A stretch of 64,000 nt of DNA from Camelus dromedarius (GCF_036321535.1 NC_087464.1:12028001-12092000); one strand, 5' to 3'; shown: positions 1 to 11,565, counted from the stretch's first letter. Program-made: numbers and translations. The notes: generated from the letters alone by a model not told the origin.

Positions 1-299
1 ATTTCCCGGGAAACGGGAAGAGGGTGATCAACTCTCTGCCTCCCCACCCCCAACCCCTAATGTTTCCTCCTAGTGAAACCTAGCAGTCACTGACAGAAGG
101 GTGATACTTCCTCAAGCCACTTTTGCAAAACTCCAAAGAGCGGTTGCATTAACAACCAAGTATCCTCAAATGGTTTACAAACTTAATAAAGAGAAATCAA
201 AAACCTGTATCAGGGCAATGGGATGGATGGAGCCTGTAGCTTCTCCCTCTTCTCCCGCATCCTATTACCCCCTTGTTTGTGACTCTGAGATGTCACTTC

Positions 300-452
300 A
301 AATACCCACCTTCTTCCAGAGTTATCCCTGCTCTTTTTCTCTCTCTCACTAGACTGTAAGCAGGCGAGTCCCCTCACTCATTTTCTATATTCCCCAATGG
401 TCCAACATAGCAGGTACTCAATAAATAAATGTTTGTTGAATTTGAATTTGAA
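300..452 (+). mobile_element. L2 LINE 3' end fragment
   Basis: Typical L2 terminus: ctagactgtaag...caggtactcaataaataaatgtttgttgaatttgaa. Confidence 0.7.
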
Positions 453-1540
453 TTCAACCCTGGGGGAGCCTGGATGGATGAAGTTGCTGGCTGGCTCTGA
501 ATGCCTGGGGCCAATCACAATTCTGGGTGCATACCATCTTTCCACCTGCCTTGGAAACACCAGGCATTACAGGACGCTTGAGTTCAGATGCTTGAAATCT
601 ATGCTAGTAGGTTTCTAAGAAACTAGGTTACAGTTACATCTCTCAAGGCAGTGGAGGAGCCAGCCTGCCTCTGCCTGATGCACACAGATGCATGTGGGTC
701 ACATCACAAGTTCCTTTTGTCTGTGCTGACAGCACATTCTCACAGTTAGAATGATAAGTGGATTTGTGATGCCAAATTCTGGAGCTTTAAAGAATTCAAT
801 CCAGACATCTATGTCCTCTGCATTTCTCTTGGAACAGCTAAGTCGAAAAAGATGAAATCCCTTTAACGAGGTCTAAGCCCAATGCTCTATTTTGCTTTTT
901 GGAGGTAGGGAAGAAATTCATTTAGGTGTGCACACTCTCCCCGCACACTCCCATCCCCTAATTTTCCTGAATCCTCTAGCTGGTATCACTTGTCTTGAAT
1001 TCAAATATATGTAACTTTTGCAGAAGACAGAAAATTCAAGGGTTTGAGTCAGGTAGATGCATTACTTTAGCTCGTAGGCTTAAAGGGAGCCTACGGAAGG
1101 AAACAGAACTGACCCTTTGCGATTTTTGCTGTTCTCATGAAAGGCAGCAGAGGGTGTAGTGTAAAGATTTCATAAGCTGTGTGATTGTGGGCAAATCACT
1201 TTAATCTCTTTGAGCCTCAGTTTCCCCATTTATAGCAAGAGAGTATAAAAGAGAAAGGTACCCGGCTCTAAGGTTCTGGAATTCTGTAAGGACCACTGGT
1301 ATCTCTTGCCCCCACCGTCTTTACCTCCCAGACAAGCTATCTACTATAATGAAATTGGGTGGAAGTCCTGATTCCCTTCATAGTCTCCATTATTCAGCAA
1401 AAATGCAAGTTATGAATAAGCGCAGTGGTGGCCCAACTGCTTTCAAGTGGGTGGGCTCTTTTTCAGAAAGCAACTCTTATCCATCTGAGTTTTCCACCTC
1501 TGTGGCATCTAGACCTTGGGCCATTTCATGGTGTTTCTAT

Positions 1541-1816
1541 NNNNNNNNNNNNNNNNNNNNNNNNNNNNNNNNNNNNNNNNNNNNNNNNNNNNNNNNNNNN
1601 NNNNNNNNNNNNNNNNNNNNNNNNNNNNNNNNNNNNNNNNNNNNNNNNNNNNNNNNNNNNNNNNNNNNNNNNNNNNNNNNNNNNNNNNNNNNNNNNNNNN
1701 NNNNNNNNNNNNNNNNNNNNNNNNNNNNNNNNNNNNNNNNNNNNNNNNNNNNNNNNNNNNNNNNNNNNNNNNNNNNNNNNNNNNNNNNNNNNNNNNNNNN
1801 NNNNNNNNNNNNNNNN
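1541..1816. other. Assembly gap (276 N)
   Basis: Run of N. Confidence 1.
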
Positions 1817-2202
1817 GCCCTCTTCAATAGCCAGGAGATCCCGCAGCCTGCCTGGAGAACTACAGAGGGAGGGTGAGATCTCACCCTGGCCCCTCCAGAA
1901 TGGACAGCATCCTGGCCCAGCCACAAACTCAGACATTTACAGGGAAGTAGACCTCCCAGATCCTCCTCTGCCTCCCACTTGAGCATTGTTTTAATTTGCA
2001 TCAAGGTTTCCACTTGAGAATTTCTTCCATCTGAGAATTCCATTTGAGCTTTGAGACAAACTCCTTTGGGATTCATTTCCTCTGGTTAATCCCACAGGCT
2101 AGCTTGCCTTAGTATGACTCAGCACCTGCTTCCATCATGACTAAGCATTTACTCTTGCCTGACTTAGCATCTGCTGCCTGGTTTTCTCTTGTTTTCACTC
2201 AC

Positions 2203-2238
2203 CTGTGGTAAGATGTTGGCCATTGTGCTCTCTCCAAA
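2203..2238 (-). other. Candidate 36-nt micro-exon (could encode M-A-N-I-L-P-Q)
   Basis: Minus strand reads cttctgttgtctcaag|TTTGGAGAGAGCACAATGGCCAACATCTTACCACAG|gtgagt. It has an acceptor, a Kozak-context ATG and a consensus donor, but I recognise no homology. Confidence 0.2.
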
Positions 2239-2916
2239 CTTGAGACAACAGAAGTTCAACAGAGGCAGCAAGACAGACTCAACAAGTGCCTCCAACCACA
2301 TGTGAGAATCATTTGGTTTTTGGTGGCAGGAAAAATAATATTAAGTGGTGTCACTTTGTGGGAGAGGGGGAGATGGATGTGTAACAGGGTCTTTTGCTCC
2401 TTCCTCTGGAGGAAAAGGTCTTGGAGCAAAAGCATTCTAAGGTCCTTTCCAGACCCACCATCTATCCAGTTCAGTCTGATTCCATTCTGGATGGGGGCTA
2501 CTGGGCCGTGAAGTTTCACCCTGCTTTGCTAATCACCCTGGGCCAGGAGGTAAATGAATCTATCTGTCCCTGGTACTGAGCCCACTTTGTGCTCTGGGTA
2601 TTTTTTCAAGGTTGTATGTGAGACTAATTATTTTTATTAAATTATTTTCCCCCCACTGATTTATAGGATCTGTGGTTTTAAGAAATATTTCTTCATACTC
2701 TTCTCATCTTTTAAAAGTGCCATCTAGACTTTCAGTCACAGCGTTGGTACACTCTAAAGAAACAATTAAAGTCACTGTGAAAGCTGTGTATTTAAAGAAT
2801 TGAGTGACTTAATAGGAATTCTTTGGGGGACATTTAATGCCTACCTCCTCATCGGTTTTAAGTCTCGATTTTTCTATCTGCTTTCTTTAGGATTCGCATA
2901 CTTGTAGATATAACAC

Positions 2917-2961
2917 TGTGTATGTTTGTGTGTGTGTAAACGTGTATATATATATATATAT
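2917..2961. repeat. Compound (TG)n/(TA)n microsatellite
   Basis: tgtgtatgtttgtgtgtgtgtaaacgtgtatatatatatatatat. Confidence 0.9.
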
Positions 2962-3414
2962 GTCTTTTCCTGATAGACTGAAATGTCTTTTCAACATTAT
3001 TTAGTAACAGAAAATATCCTGCCTCCTAGCCGATGACCAGACAATAGACAGCACCATGACTTACCCAGTGCCTCCCCAGATCTCCCTTTAGGTCTCAAAT
3101 TTCATCACGCCCAGTCTAGTTCTTAATTACACAGACTATCATTGGTTCTTCACATTTCAATCAACACGTAATATCTCTTTTTCATCTCTCTTCATTTCCC
3201 TTTGGGATGGTGAGCTCTCCTTTCTAATTCAAGGGTCTGGAACTATCTGGCTGCTCTGACCTGTAACCATAATCCCACTCAGGTCAGGCCCCAAGAGCTT
3301 TCCTGGGCACCCTGCTGTCCACATGTCACTGACCTTTCACATGCCCGGACCCTGACCCCAGTCCTCAAAATCAGCATTCCTTGGGGGGAGGGAAGACTTG
3401 TTGGGCCAGATATA

Positions 3415-4200
3415 AGTCAAGTACAATAATTAAAAGTGTGGTCATAGCTCAAGACTAATAAAAGGTTAATGGAACAAAAAAGAATGCCCAGAAATGCTGC
3501 ACATGAGAATTGATGTAGGAGTTTAAAAAGCCGTGATCAGTGAGAAAGTCAAGAAATGGTTTGAAGTAGTTGGCTAATAATCTGGAGGTAAGTTGGACGG
3601 AAGTCAGGTGGGCATTCCCCTACTCTAGACAGCAAGATAAATTTCAAGTGGATGTAACGAGCGTTTCTCAGACTTTAGTAATTCTCCTATTCCTATCAGC
3701 AGTCTGCCATATTTTATCACCCACACTACTATCTACGTAAGGCTTTAAATTGACTCATCTTTTAAAAACATCTTAACCTAAGCAATGCCATCTGTGGAAA
3801 TATGGGTTTGACATCATGATGATATCCTCATTGGAAAAGAACACAAAGCCATTACCACAAAAATATTTATCAGTGGAATGCCTAAAACCGTCTTCCGTTG
3901 TCACCAAGAATACTTACAGCACCTCTGGGAAAAACTGAATTAAAGAGTTAACTATTTAAAGAAGGCAACCCATAAGAAATTGGTAAGAAAATGAAAGAGA
4001 ATATTTATCAAATCTCGATGAGCTTCGAGGGGTGTGTGTGAAGGACTTTTTACATTCAGAAGTGTAAGAACATAACCTAGGAGAAAAACGCAGACAGATT
4101 TGACTTCATAAAGATTTAAAATCCTGCTTCTACAACCAGAAAACCTCAACAAACTCTGTTCAGCAACTTTCATGAAATCTAACAGGGCTCCAGGTGAGGA
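3415..4200 (+). mobile_element. Old L1M ORF2 3' region fragment, interrupted by a hAT MITE
   Basis: Degenerate L1 ORF2-like A-rich sequence (ggaacaaaaaagaatgcccagaaat; aaggcaacccataagaaattggtaagaaaat). Confidence 0.55.
3659..3937. mobile_element. hAT-Charlie-type MITE (family undetermined)
   Basis: Degenerate terminal inverted repeats (TIRs) gagcgtttctcagactt ... ctctgggaaaaactg. Confidence 0.5.
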
Positions 4201-4391
4201 CGGCACTGCACCTGTGCATCTACCTGGTTGAATGTAACCAGGGATTTGGAGAGGACTTGATGTTGGCCAACAACTCCCTCCTACTATCTGTCTCTTCTCC
4301 TGCCTCCAGGCCAGGTCCTGGGGAGCATCCGGTCCTGCTGACTTGGGTACCACAACCCATGCACTTTTTCATGCCAGTCCTTTCTCTGACT

Positions 4392-4637
4392 CAGGGGTTC
4401 CCACCCTCAGCACTACTGACATTCTGAGAGGGATGATTTCACTGTTGGTGGCCTTGGGGGTGGGCTGGCTATCTGTGCTCTGTAGGGTGTTTAGCTACAC
4501 CCCTGGACTCTACCCACTTTATGCCAGGAGCAGCCCTCCTCACACTCCCCAAGTCATGACAGCCAAATATGTCTCCAGACTTTGCCAAATGTCCCCTGGG
4601 GCAGAGAGGCAAAATTGCCTTCATTTGAGAATCTCTG
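4392..4637 (-). mobile_element. MER20 (hAT-Charlie), full length
   Basis: Matches MER20 body (tgtctccagactttgccaaatgtcccctgggg); perfect 8-bp TSD CTCTGACT at 4384-4391 and 4638-4645. Confidence 0.9.
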
Positions 4638-5616
4638 CTCTGACTCTTGTTTTCTTCCTGGTGCCTCTGAGAAGATGAATCCCCTCGCCACCACCACACC
4701 ACCTTATTCTCTCTCACCAGCCAATCCATCCCGCCGCCTTTCAATGCTAAACCCCAAACCCAACCCCTGTGTCTCCCCTCAAAATCATCCCAATTTTCAA
4801 TTCTCAGCCACATTTTCCTTCTCCCAAAGCACTCAATTCTGTTACAGCATGCATCAACTGCTTTTCGTATTTCATTATTTCATGGAACCCCAGGTGGGAG
4901 GCTTTAAAAAGATTTTGCCAATTACATAGTCTAAACTTTTATAGTTGAAGAAACCAAGGTCTAGAGATTTGGTTTTGCTTTCAGCTTCCTCAGCTGCTTG
5001 CCACACTAGAAGGGAAGCCCCTGGACATTGTGCATTAACCATATCTTTTATTTTCTATATCTTGTGCTGGGGCATCTGGGACCGTGCTGACTCTGGAGGG
5101 ACTGCTTCTCCCAGGGTTGGTCAGTTCCTAGAGATCATAAACCACTGGCCTGAGAAATGCACCTTTCAAATGCAAACCAACCAATCTAGAGCCCATACCC
5201 CCACCACCTCCCTTACTGGGGTCTCACACTCTGGACCACTGTCCACCTGCCCTGATCACCTGGGGCCCAGGTACCAGACATCTACGCATCTATCTTGTTT
5301 AATGGAACCAGAGATTACAGTCATCCCAGACGAACAGGGACAACTCCTATGCCCCATAGTCTGCTGAACTTATTCAGATGACCCAGTCCTAAGCCTGCCC
5401 ACCCTTCCGTCCCATGGAAACTACAATGAAGGCTCTTGTTCACTGTTCCCCCCTCCTCCTCTGCCTCCTGAGAGACCTGGTGCCTCTCCATGTGGCCCCG
5501 TGTGGTATGGTGCGCCACTCCTCTTGCCATCTGAGAATGTAACAAGTTACATTTTCAATGGCAGTCATCTCCTGATCTGTTGGCCTGACCATACCTAAGT
5601 AATAATAAAACCTATA

Positions 5617-6183
5617 AATAGCGGCACTGTTTACAACAGCCAAGACATGGAAACAATACGTCCATACANNNNNNNNNNNNNNNNNNNNNNNNNNNNNNNN
5701 NNNNNNNNNNNNNNNNNNNNNNNNNNNNNNNNNNNNNNNNNNNNNNNNNNNNNNNNNNNNNNNNNNNNNNNNNNNNNNNNNNNNNNNNNNNNNNNNNNNN
5801 NNNNNNNNGTAAAGTAAGTCAGAGAAAGACAAATATTATATGATATCACTTATATGTGGAATCTAAAAAAAGATACAAATTTTATTTTCAAACCAAAAAT
5901 AGACTTATGGACATAGAAAACCAACTGTGGTTACCAAAGGGTAAGGGTGGAGAGGGAGTATTGGAGTCTGGGATTAACAGATACACATCACTATATACAA
6001 AACAGATAAACAAGGACCCACTATACACACAGGGAACGATATTCAATTCCTTGTAATAACATAAAATGGAAAAGAATCTGAAAAAGATATGTATGCACAT
6101 GTAAAATTGAATTGCTTTGCTGTACACCTGAAACTAACATTGTAAATCAACTATACTTCAATAAAAAAATAAAATAAAAAAAA
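5617..6183 (+). mobile_element. 5'-truncated young L1 (3' ORF2 end, 3'UTR, poly-A)
   Basis: L1 3'UTR ending ctatacttcaataaaaaaa; 13-bp TSD AATAAAACCTATA at 5604-5616 and 6184-6196. Confidence 0.9.
5669..5808. other. Assembly gap (140 N) inside L1
   Basis: Run of N. Confidence 1.
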
Positions 6184-6666
6184 AATAAAACCTATATTAA
6201 AACAAGGGGACCTTGTCGTGTTCACTTCTGCCTTGCATAGTACCTCGCCCAGCTGGGGCTCAGTGAATCAAATCTAACTTTAGTGCTAAGTGGGACTTTT
6301 CTTCCGAAGTCTTCCCCGCAGTTTGCATGCCAGGTTCCCACGTACTATTTCTACCTGCACAAGACACAGCTCCACCTCTCACATACCCATAGAATGGGGC
6401 AGCCCGTGATTCAAAGCAACTCAGACTGCAGATGTTTGGGCTCAAAATAAATCACATGAATTGGCAAGGGTTTTTTTTTTTTTCTAATTAGGTTTTGCCT
6501 CCATTGTTATTAAAATGAGATTACGTCCCTTGTGATGGGGGACTACTGCTTGGCTGAGTGACAGAAGATGATCAGGTGAGAAAAATTTGCTAAAGATAAT
6601 TCACAAACTTCTGAAATCGTAGAAACAAAGATGCTTAGATCGTCCAAATAAGAAAATATATGGGAA

Positions 6667-6767
6667 CAATATCACTAATTATCAGAGAAATGCAAATCAA
6701 AACTACAGTGAGGTAACACCTCACACCGGTCAGAATGGCCATCATTCAAAAGTCCACAAATGACAAA
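6667..6767 (+). mobile_element. Isolated internal L1 ORF2 fragment (about 100 bp)
   Basis: atcactaattatcagagaaatgcaaatcaaaactacagtgaggtaacacctcacaccggtcagaatggccatcatt; no tail or TSD seen. Confidence 0.8.
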
Positions 6768-7519
6768 AAAGATCTCTATAAAACAAGGTATTATGTTAGT
6801 GATAACCGCTGTCCGTTTGGTAAATAGTCTCAGCCGTAGTGAGGACAGAAGTTGACTGCTTTAAAGTTCTGCATTTTAAGATGTCAATCTTCTCTCCACC
6901 ACCGACATAATACTCTTTCCAAGTGGAGCGTACACAGTAAACTGAGACAGTAAATAGAAATAGTATGTTAAAAAAAAATGCCACCCACAGTTGGATCTGT
7001 TTTTAGTGAAAAGCAATTAGCAAACCTGAAAAGTGCATTTCTGTTTATACTCTTCATCCAAACCTGGTTGTTTACAGGGCAGGTCACGTTCCAGTGCGCT
7101 GGGGTCTCATAGCTGTGTCAGAATCCCCCCCATCCTTGGTTCCTCACTGGAGAGTCAGGCTCAGTGAATGAACTTTCAAGAGCTGACAGCTTTAATTAAG
7201 AATCCGGACCCAACTTAAACAGCTGATTAGTCCTGAGAATAGAAGATTAAACTAAAGCACAGTTCATGAATCTGCAGACGACTCTGCCTTCATAGTTTTG
7301 GGAGGATACCGAACGCTTGTTTTCAATTTGTGCGTAAAAACCACCGGGGGTCCTGCCTGCGGGTCCTCCAAGGACACACATACATGTGTGGCCCCATGGG
7401 CACACTGGGTAAGGAGAAAAGCAGGAAAAAGGAGGATTTGGGTTAAGTCCCATGAGCAGAGCTAGGCTTCCAACTGGGTTCAAGGGTTTTGTTTTCGTTT
7501 TTTTTGAAAGAGTTTTTCT

Positions 7520-7865
7520 CTTTTTGCAGTAAAATACTCATAACAGAAAATTTCCATTTCATCCCTTTATAGTGTGACATTGTGTATATTCACAATATTG
7601 TGGTGACATCGCCACTATTTATCTCCAGAATTTTTTTTCTCACCCCTGCCAACAGAAACTCTATACCTACTAAACAGTAACTCCCTCATCCCTCCTACTT
7701 CCAGCTCCTGAGAACTTCTATTCTTCTTTCTAGCTCTACAAATGTGCCTACTCTAGGCATTTTTTTATAAGTGGAACCAAACAATATTTGCCCTTTTATG
7801 TCTGGCTTCTTTGACTTAATATAATGCTTTCAATGTATCTCATCCATGTAATAGCACGTATTACA
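7520..7865 (-). mobile_element. L1MB-like 3'UTR fragment
   Basis: tattcacaatattgt...tatgtctggcttctttgacttaatataatg...catccatgtaatagca. Confidence 0.7.
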
Positions 7866-8029
7866 TGCTAATAGCTAATAGCCTAGCTTTGGATGTGGCA
7901 GTTCTAAGGAGGTAGAACATCACAGAGACAAGGGAAGGAAAGCCCCCTCCAAAGTATTTGTGCCTGAATCATTGAGCGCCTGTGATTAGAACAGGAGCAG
8001 AGACCCCCCCCCCCCAGCTGACCCGTGCT

Positions 8030-8699
8030 CAAGGGCCTCAGGGGCTCTCTCGCCCAGAGCTTACTTGGCTAGAAGCTTCCTAAATGTGTGGCCGGCAAGT
8101 TGAGCTTTGATGCCCGTTTCCTCCTCCATCCGAGGAGCTGGTTGTATTTGGCCGAGTGCTCAGATGTGCAAAGGGGCACCTGACTTGGCTGGTCCAGTGC
8201 AGATCCTCGCAACAAGGCTGGTGATAAAAAGTGTCCTCAGTCACCCCGGCAGAGCGGGGAATATGGCGCTCCAGCTTTTGGGCTGGACCAGGTTTGCACA
8301 CCTAAAGAGACTCCATCACAGGGTCTCCTTCATTCACTCTGAGCGGAGGCAGTTCCATGAGTGCTTGTCCACTAGGCTTGGTAGTTCTTTTCCGGTTGCT
8401 TACTGTGCGACCGTCCCCTACCACCTGGATACCACCTCCACTAGTGGAGAACCTCCAAGCTTCCCAGTCATACTGGCCTAAGGCATCTTCAGTAGACGCC
8501 ACTGGGTAGTCCCTGATGAAGGACTGGTACCCATTCACCAGCTGATCAGGAGTGATGTAAAGGCTAGGGTCAGCTGGAGACCCAAAGTTCAAGGTCATAC
8601 TTTCCAAGCTCCAAGACTTAGAGACTGTTGCATCCATGCCATTCACCAGCCTTTCCAATCACATCCCACAGCAATCCTAAGATTCTGTATTCTTTAGGG
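8030..8699 (-). pseudogene. ENO1: ENO1 processed pseudogene, 3' part (about codon 218 to stop, plus start of 3'UTR)
   Basis: Translation DPSLYITPDQL..YQSFIRDYPVASTEDALGQYDW..GGIQVVGDG matches alpha-enolase; VTEDTF and AKYNQLL motifs; ends ctagccaagTAAgctctgggc like ENO1; intronless, frameshifted. Confidence 0.93.
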
Positions 8700-9500
8700 C
8701 ACAAGCCGGCAAACTTTTCTTTCACAGGGCCAGACAGCAACTATTTTAGGCTTTGTGGGCCAAGAGGAAAAACTGAAGTTCTGATGCTGATGAAGGGAAT
8801 TCAACAACCAAAAGAGAACACACATTCCCACCAATTTCTTTTTGATAAATTAAAAATATAATAAAAATGAGTTCCTTTTTATGGTAACAGGTCTAATGAG
8901 AAGAATGTACTTCTTTTGTGGGGGATAAGATTTTACTTAATTGAGGTTCAAAGTCAGCGTTCCTATTGTTGGAGTAGAAAGGTGGCCCCATCCTTCTGCA
9001 AAGCCCTGCCTTGTGTCTCTGAAACACTGTTATCTTCCCTCTGGGGAACTCACCAGATTGCGTTACCTGAATCTCTCTTTTGGATTTACACAGTATATAC
9101 CCTTACAGTGTTGGAGAATTTGTCATACAGGGAAACAAATTAAAGGCACAGGCTCTGAGATAAGACTCCCAGGGTTTGCGTTCTAGACGAATTAATCTTC
9201 AGCTGTGTGATCTTTGACTGTTACTAACCTTTCTAGAAACTTCTGTTTCTTCATCTAAAAAATGAGTAATAGCATTTATTTACTTCATAGGGTTGTCGTG
9301 AAGATTAAATGAGCTGATGAATGCAACAATTCAGAATAGCACATGACATATTGTAAAGCACCCAATCTTAAAGTTATACTTATTTTGATTTTTTCCAGTT
9401 CTTTAAAAATACAAAATAATCTTGACTCCTGACTTGAGGGCCACGCAATAGCAGGTAGCTACCTGGATGTGTCCTGTGAGCCATGCTTTGCTGACTCCTG
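8700..9500 (+). mobile_element. MER58B/Cheshire-type hAT element with about 400 bp internal insert
   Basis: Left TIR cacaagccggcaaactttt, right TIR tttgctgactcctg; degenerate 8-bp TSD ctttaggg (8692-8699) / ctccagga (9501-9508). Confidence 0.8.
9140..9365 (+). mobile_element. MIR inside the MER58 element
   Basis: MIR core agctgtgtgatctttg...tttcttcatctaaaaaatg...cttcatagggttgtcgtgaagattaaatgag. Confidence 0.8.
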
Positions 9501-10088
9501 CTCCAGGATGTTAGGAGCAAAATGCAACCTTGTCCTCCACATAGTAGGCGTCTTTGCCGTATTTCCCCTGATGGCATCCTTCTGGTTGAGGTAGGCTTCT
9601 GCTGCATCAGCACAGCTTTTCTGAAGTCACAACAATAGCGAGGACCACAATCCCCTGGAGCTACCCTGGATCACAGTGAGAGCTGGAACTGGCCGGTCAC
9701 TTCTGGATTGCCAGCCGGGACTCAGTGTGATGGTGCAGGGGCCCCCTGTCAGCAGCTTCACCTTTGCAGGCAGTGAACGACACTTCTGGTATAATGTTGG
9801 CACGAAAGTTAGGTTTATTCCCAGTGCCACCCATGTCTGGTACTGGTTTGCTGCTCTCCTCAAGGTCCACCCACTCATCTTCCTGCTTATCAGGTCACTG
9901 ATGTGCTCAATAGTCTTTGAGATGCCTTTTCCTATACAGCAAGTTTTATCATTGCATTGGAGCTCTTGAACTTCCACTGAAGCACTGCTGGGCACAGAGC
10001 TCTGAAGACACCAGTGTAGGTTTCAGCCTTGACAGTGGTGTTTCCATGACAATTGAGATCTCAGGCACTGGGCTTCTGCAGGTGCCGT
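9501..10088 (-). pseudogene. ENO1: ENO1 processed pseudogene, 5' part (about codons 1-219)
   Basis: PSSAS..ELQCNDKT..GKGISKTIEHI, PVPALTVIQG, GKYGKDA..FAPNILE match enolase; contiguous across ENO1 exon junctions. Confidence 0.9.
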
Positions 10089-11214
10089 AGGTACCAATGG
10101 GAGGGGGTTACGCCAGCCAACTCATAGGCATCTCTCTTCTTATGCCTTCCTCCATGAATGCTCAGCTCCCTTATCTGCCATCCCCTCTTGCTTCTTGTTA
10201 AATATTAGCTTGGTCTGATGTATCTGTTGGCTGTGATTTCAGCCAACTTCTGCTTGTTAATCAGTTTCTGTCGGTGTATAAAAAGGAACCACCAGCTCAC
10301 TCTTGGCTCTTCCCTCTGCTCAACTTCAGAAAACATCCGTGAGAACTCAGAGCTTTGATTCCAGCTAATTTCCCCAGTCTCTCTATAAAAGTGCTTATAG
10401 TCAATTGCACGTCAGAAAAGTAAACAAGTCACTTGGATGCCAAGCATTTTCCACCACACTTCTTCCCGATCGCTTCTCTTTCTCATCATGAAACTGTCAC
10501 CAATAACCAGCAGAGGGGCCATATAATTTTCATGCAGACCAGGACACTTCTGGAGCAAACCGAGGCACCAACCAGAGAAGATACATTAAACTGGGATTAC
10601 CAGTTCACACAGGACTTGTCATCCTCCCAATCTACACCCATCTTATAAAGGAGATGAACTATAATAAAAGACTTCTAAGAGACTGCTGCATTACGAATCC
10701 AGACCACCAAAAACCCCAGAAACTAAAGCTGTTAAAACTCAGAGGAGACACATGTATCTGCAGTTGGTTGAGCAGGAGCTGGTAAAAGCCATGGGCAGAG
10801 AAGTCTTCACCAGTAAGTTGTTCATGGCTGTAGGGCCCGTCTGAGGCCCTCCTACCCTCATTCTGAAGGCCTGGCTTTACAGTAAACCAGCGCCTCTCAT
10901 CCTGCCTCGGTGTTCTGGTCACCCCAGCAGCAAGGTACATCCTACACTCAGCCATCACTGTGGCTTCACCTAGCACGTGGCTTCACCACCGGCCTCCCAG
11001 TGCAGGGCCAAGCCATGGAGCGGCGTTATCTCCTGCACTTCCAGCGTGCTCCAGGGAGGACTGTGGAATGAGGAGATGAGTCAACAAAGCTGAAGCCATC
11101 CCTCTGCTGCAGAAAGAGGAGTCAGCCTCCTGGACGCACGGCTCAGGGAGGAAGAAGAGAAACCCTGGCCTCACTCCCACCACCAATGCCCACCCCCCAC
11201 ATCCACCCAGTGTG

Positions 11215-11565
11215 TTTCAGGGCCTTTGCACTGGCTGTTCTCTCTCCCTGGAACATTTTTCCAACTGATACCCCATGGCTTCCTCCCCTCTCTTTCAAAT
11301 CTTGGCTAAAAGCTGACCTACTCAAATTGGCCTTCCCTGGCCATTCCATTTAAAATGGCATGTGCTGACTCGCTCCCCTCACTGTGGGCCTCCCAGCTCT
11401 CATCTCCTTTTATCTTCTCATGACCATACCGTGTGTTAAGTGTTCCATCCACCTCTACCACTGGACTGCAAGCTCCCCACTGGAAGCGCTGTGTCTGTCT
11501 GGTTAATCACTGCACCCACAAGGCCCGGACGTCGTAAGGGGTCAGTGAGTATTTGTGAATAGAGG
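11215..11565 (+). mobile_element. L2 3' fragment
   Basis: gggcctttgcactggctgttc...ctggactgcaagctcc...tgagtatttgtgaat. Confidence 0.75.

Larger units (their letters stand above)
5029..6204 (+). mobile_element. MER74-like ERV-L solo LTR, interrupted near its 3' end by an L1
   Basis: TG start (tgtgcattaaccatatc), MER74 motifs (ctcctgatctgttggcc), end ttaaaaca at 6204; homologous to the copy at 40530-41073. Confidence 0.8.

Noticed and set aside
1349-2076. ORFs of 104-185 aa spanning the first N gap
   Set aside because: Their length is an artefact of translating Ns as X.
8700-9500. Idea that the ENO1 interruption is a retained intron 7 (semi-processed pseudogene)
   Set aside because: The break lies about 10-15 nt before the exon 7/8 junction as I recall it, and the junction itself is spliced in the 3' half. 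The insert has hAT TIRs and an 8-bp TSD rather than GT-AG ends.
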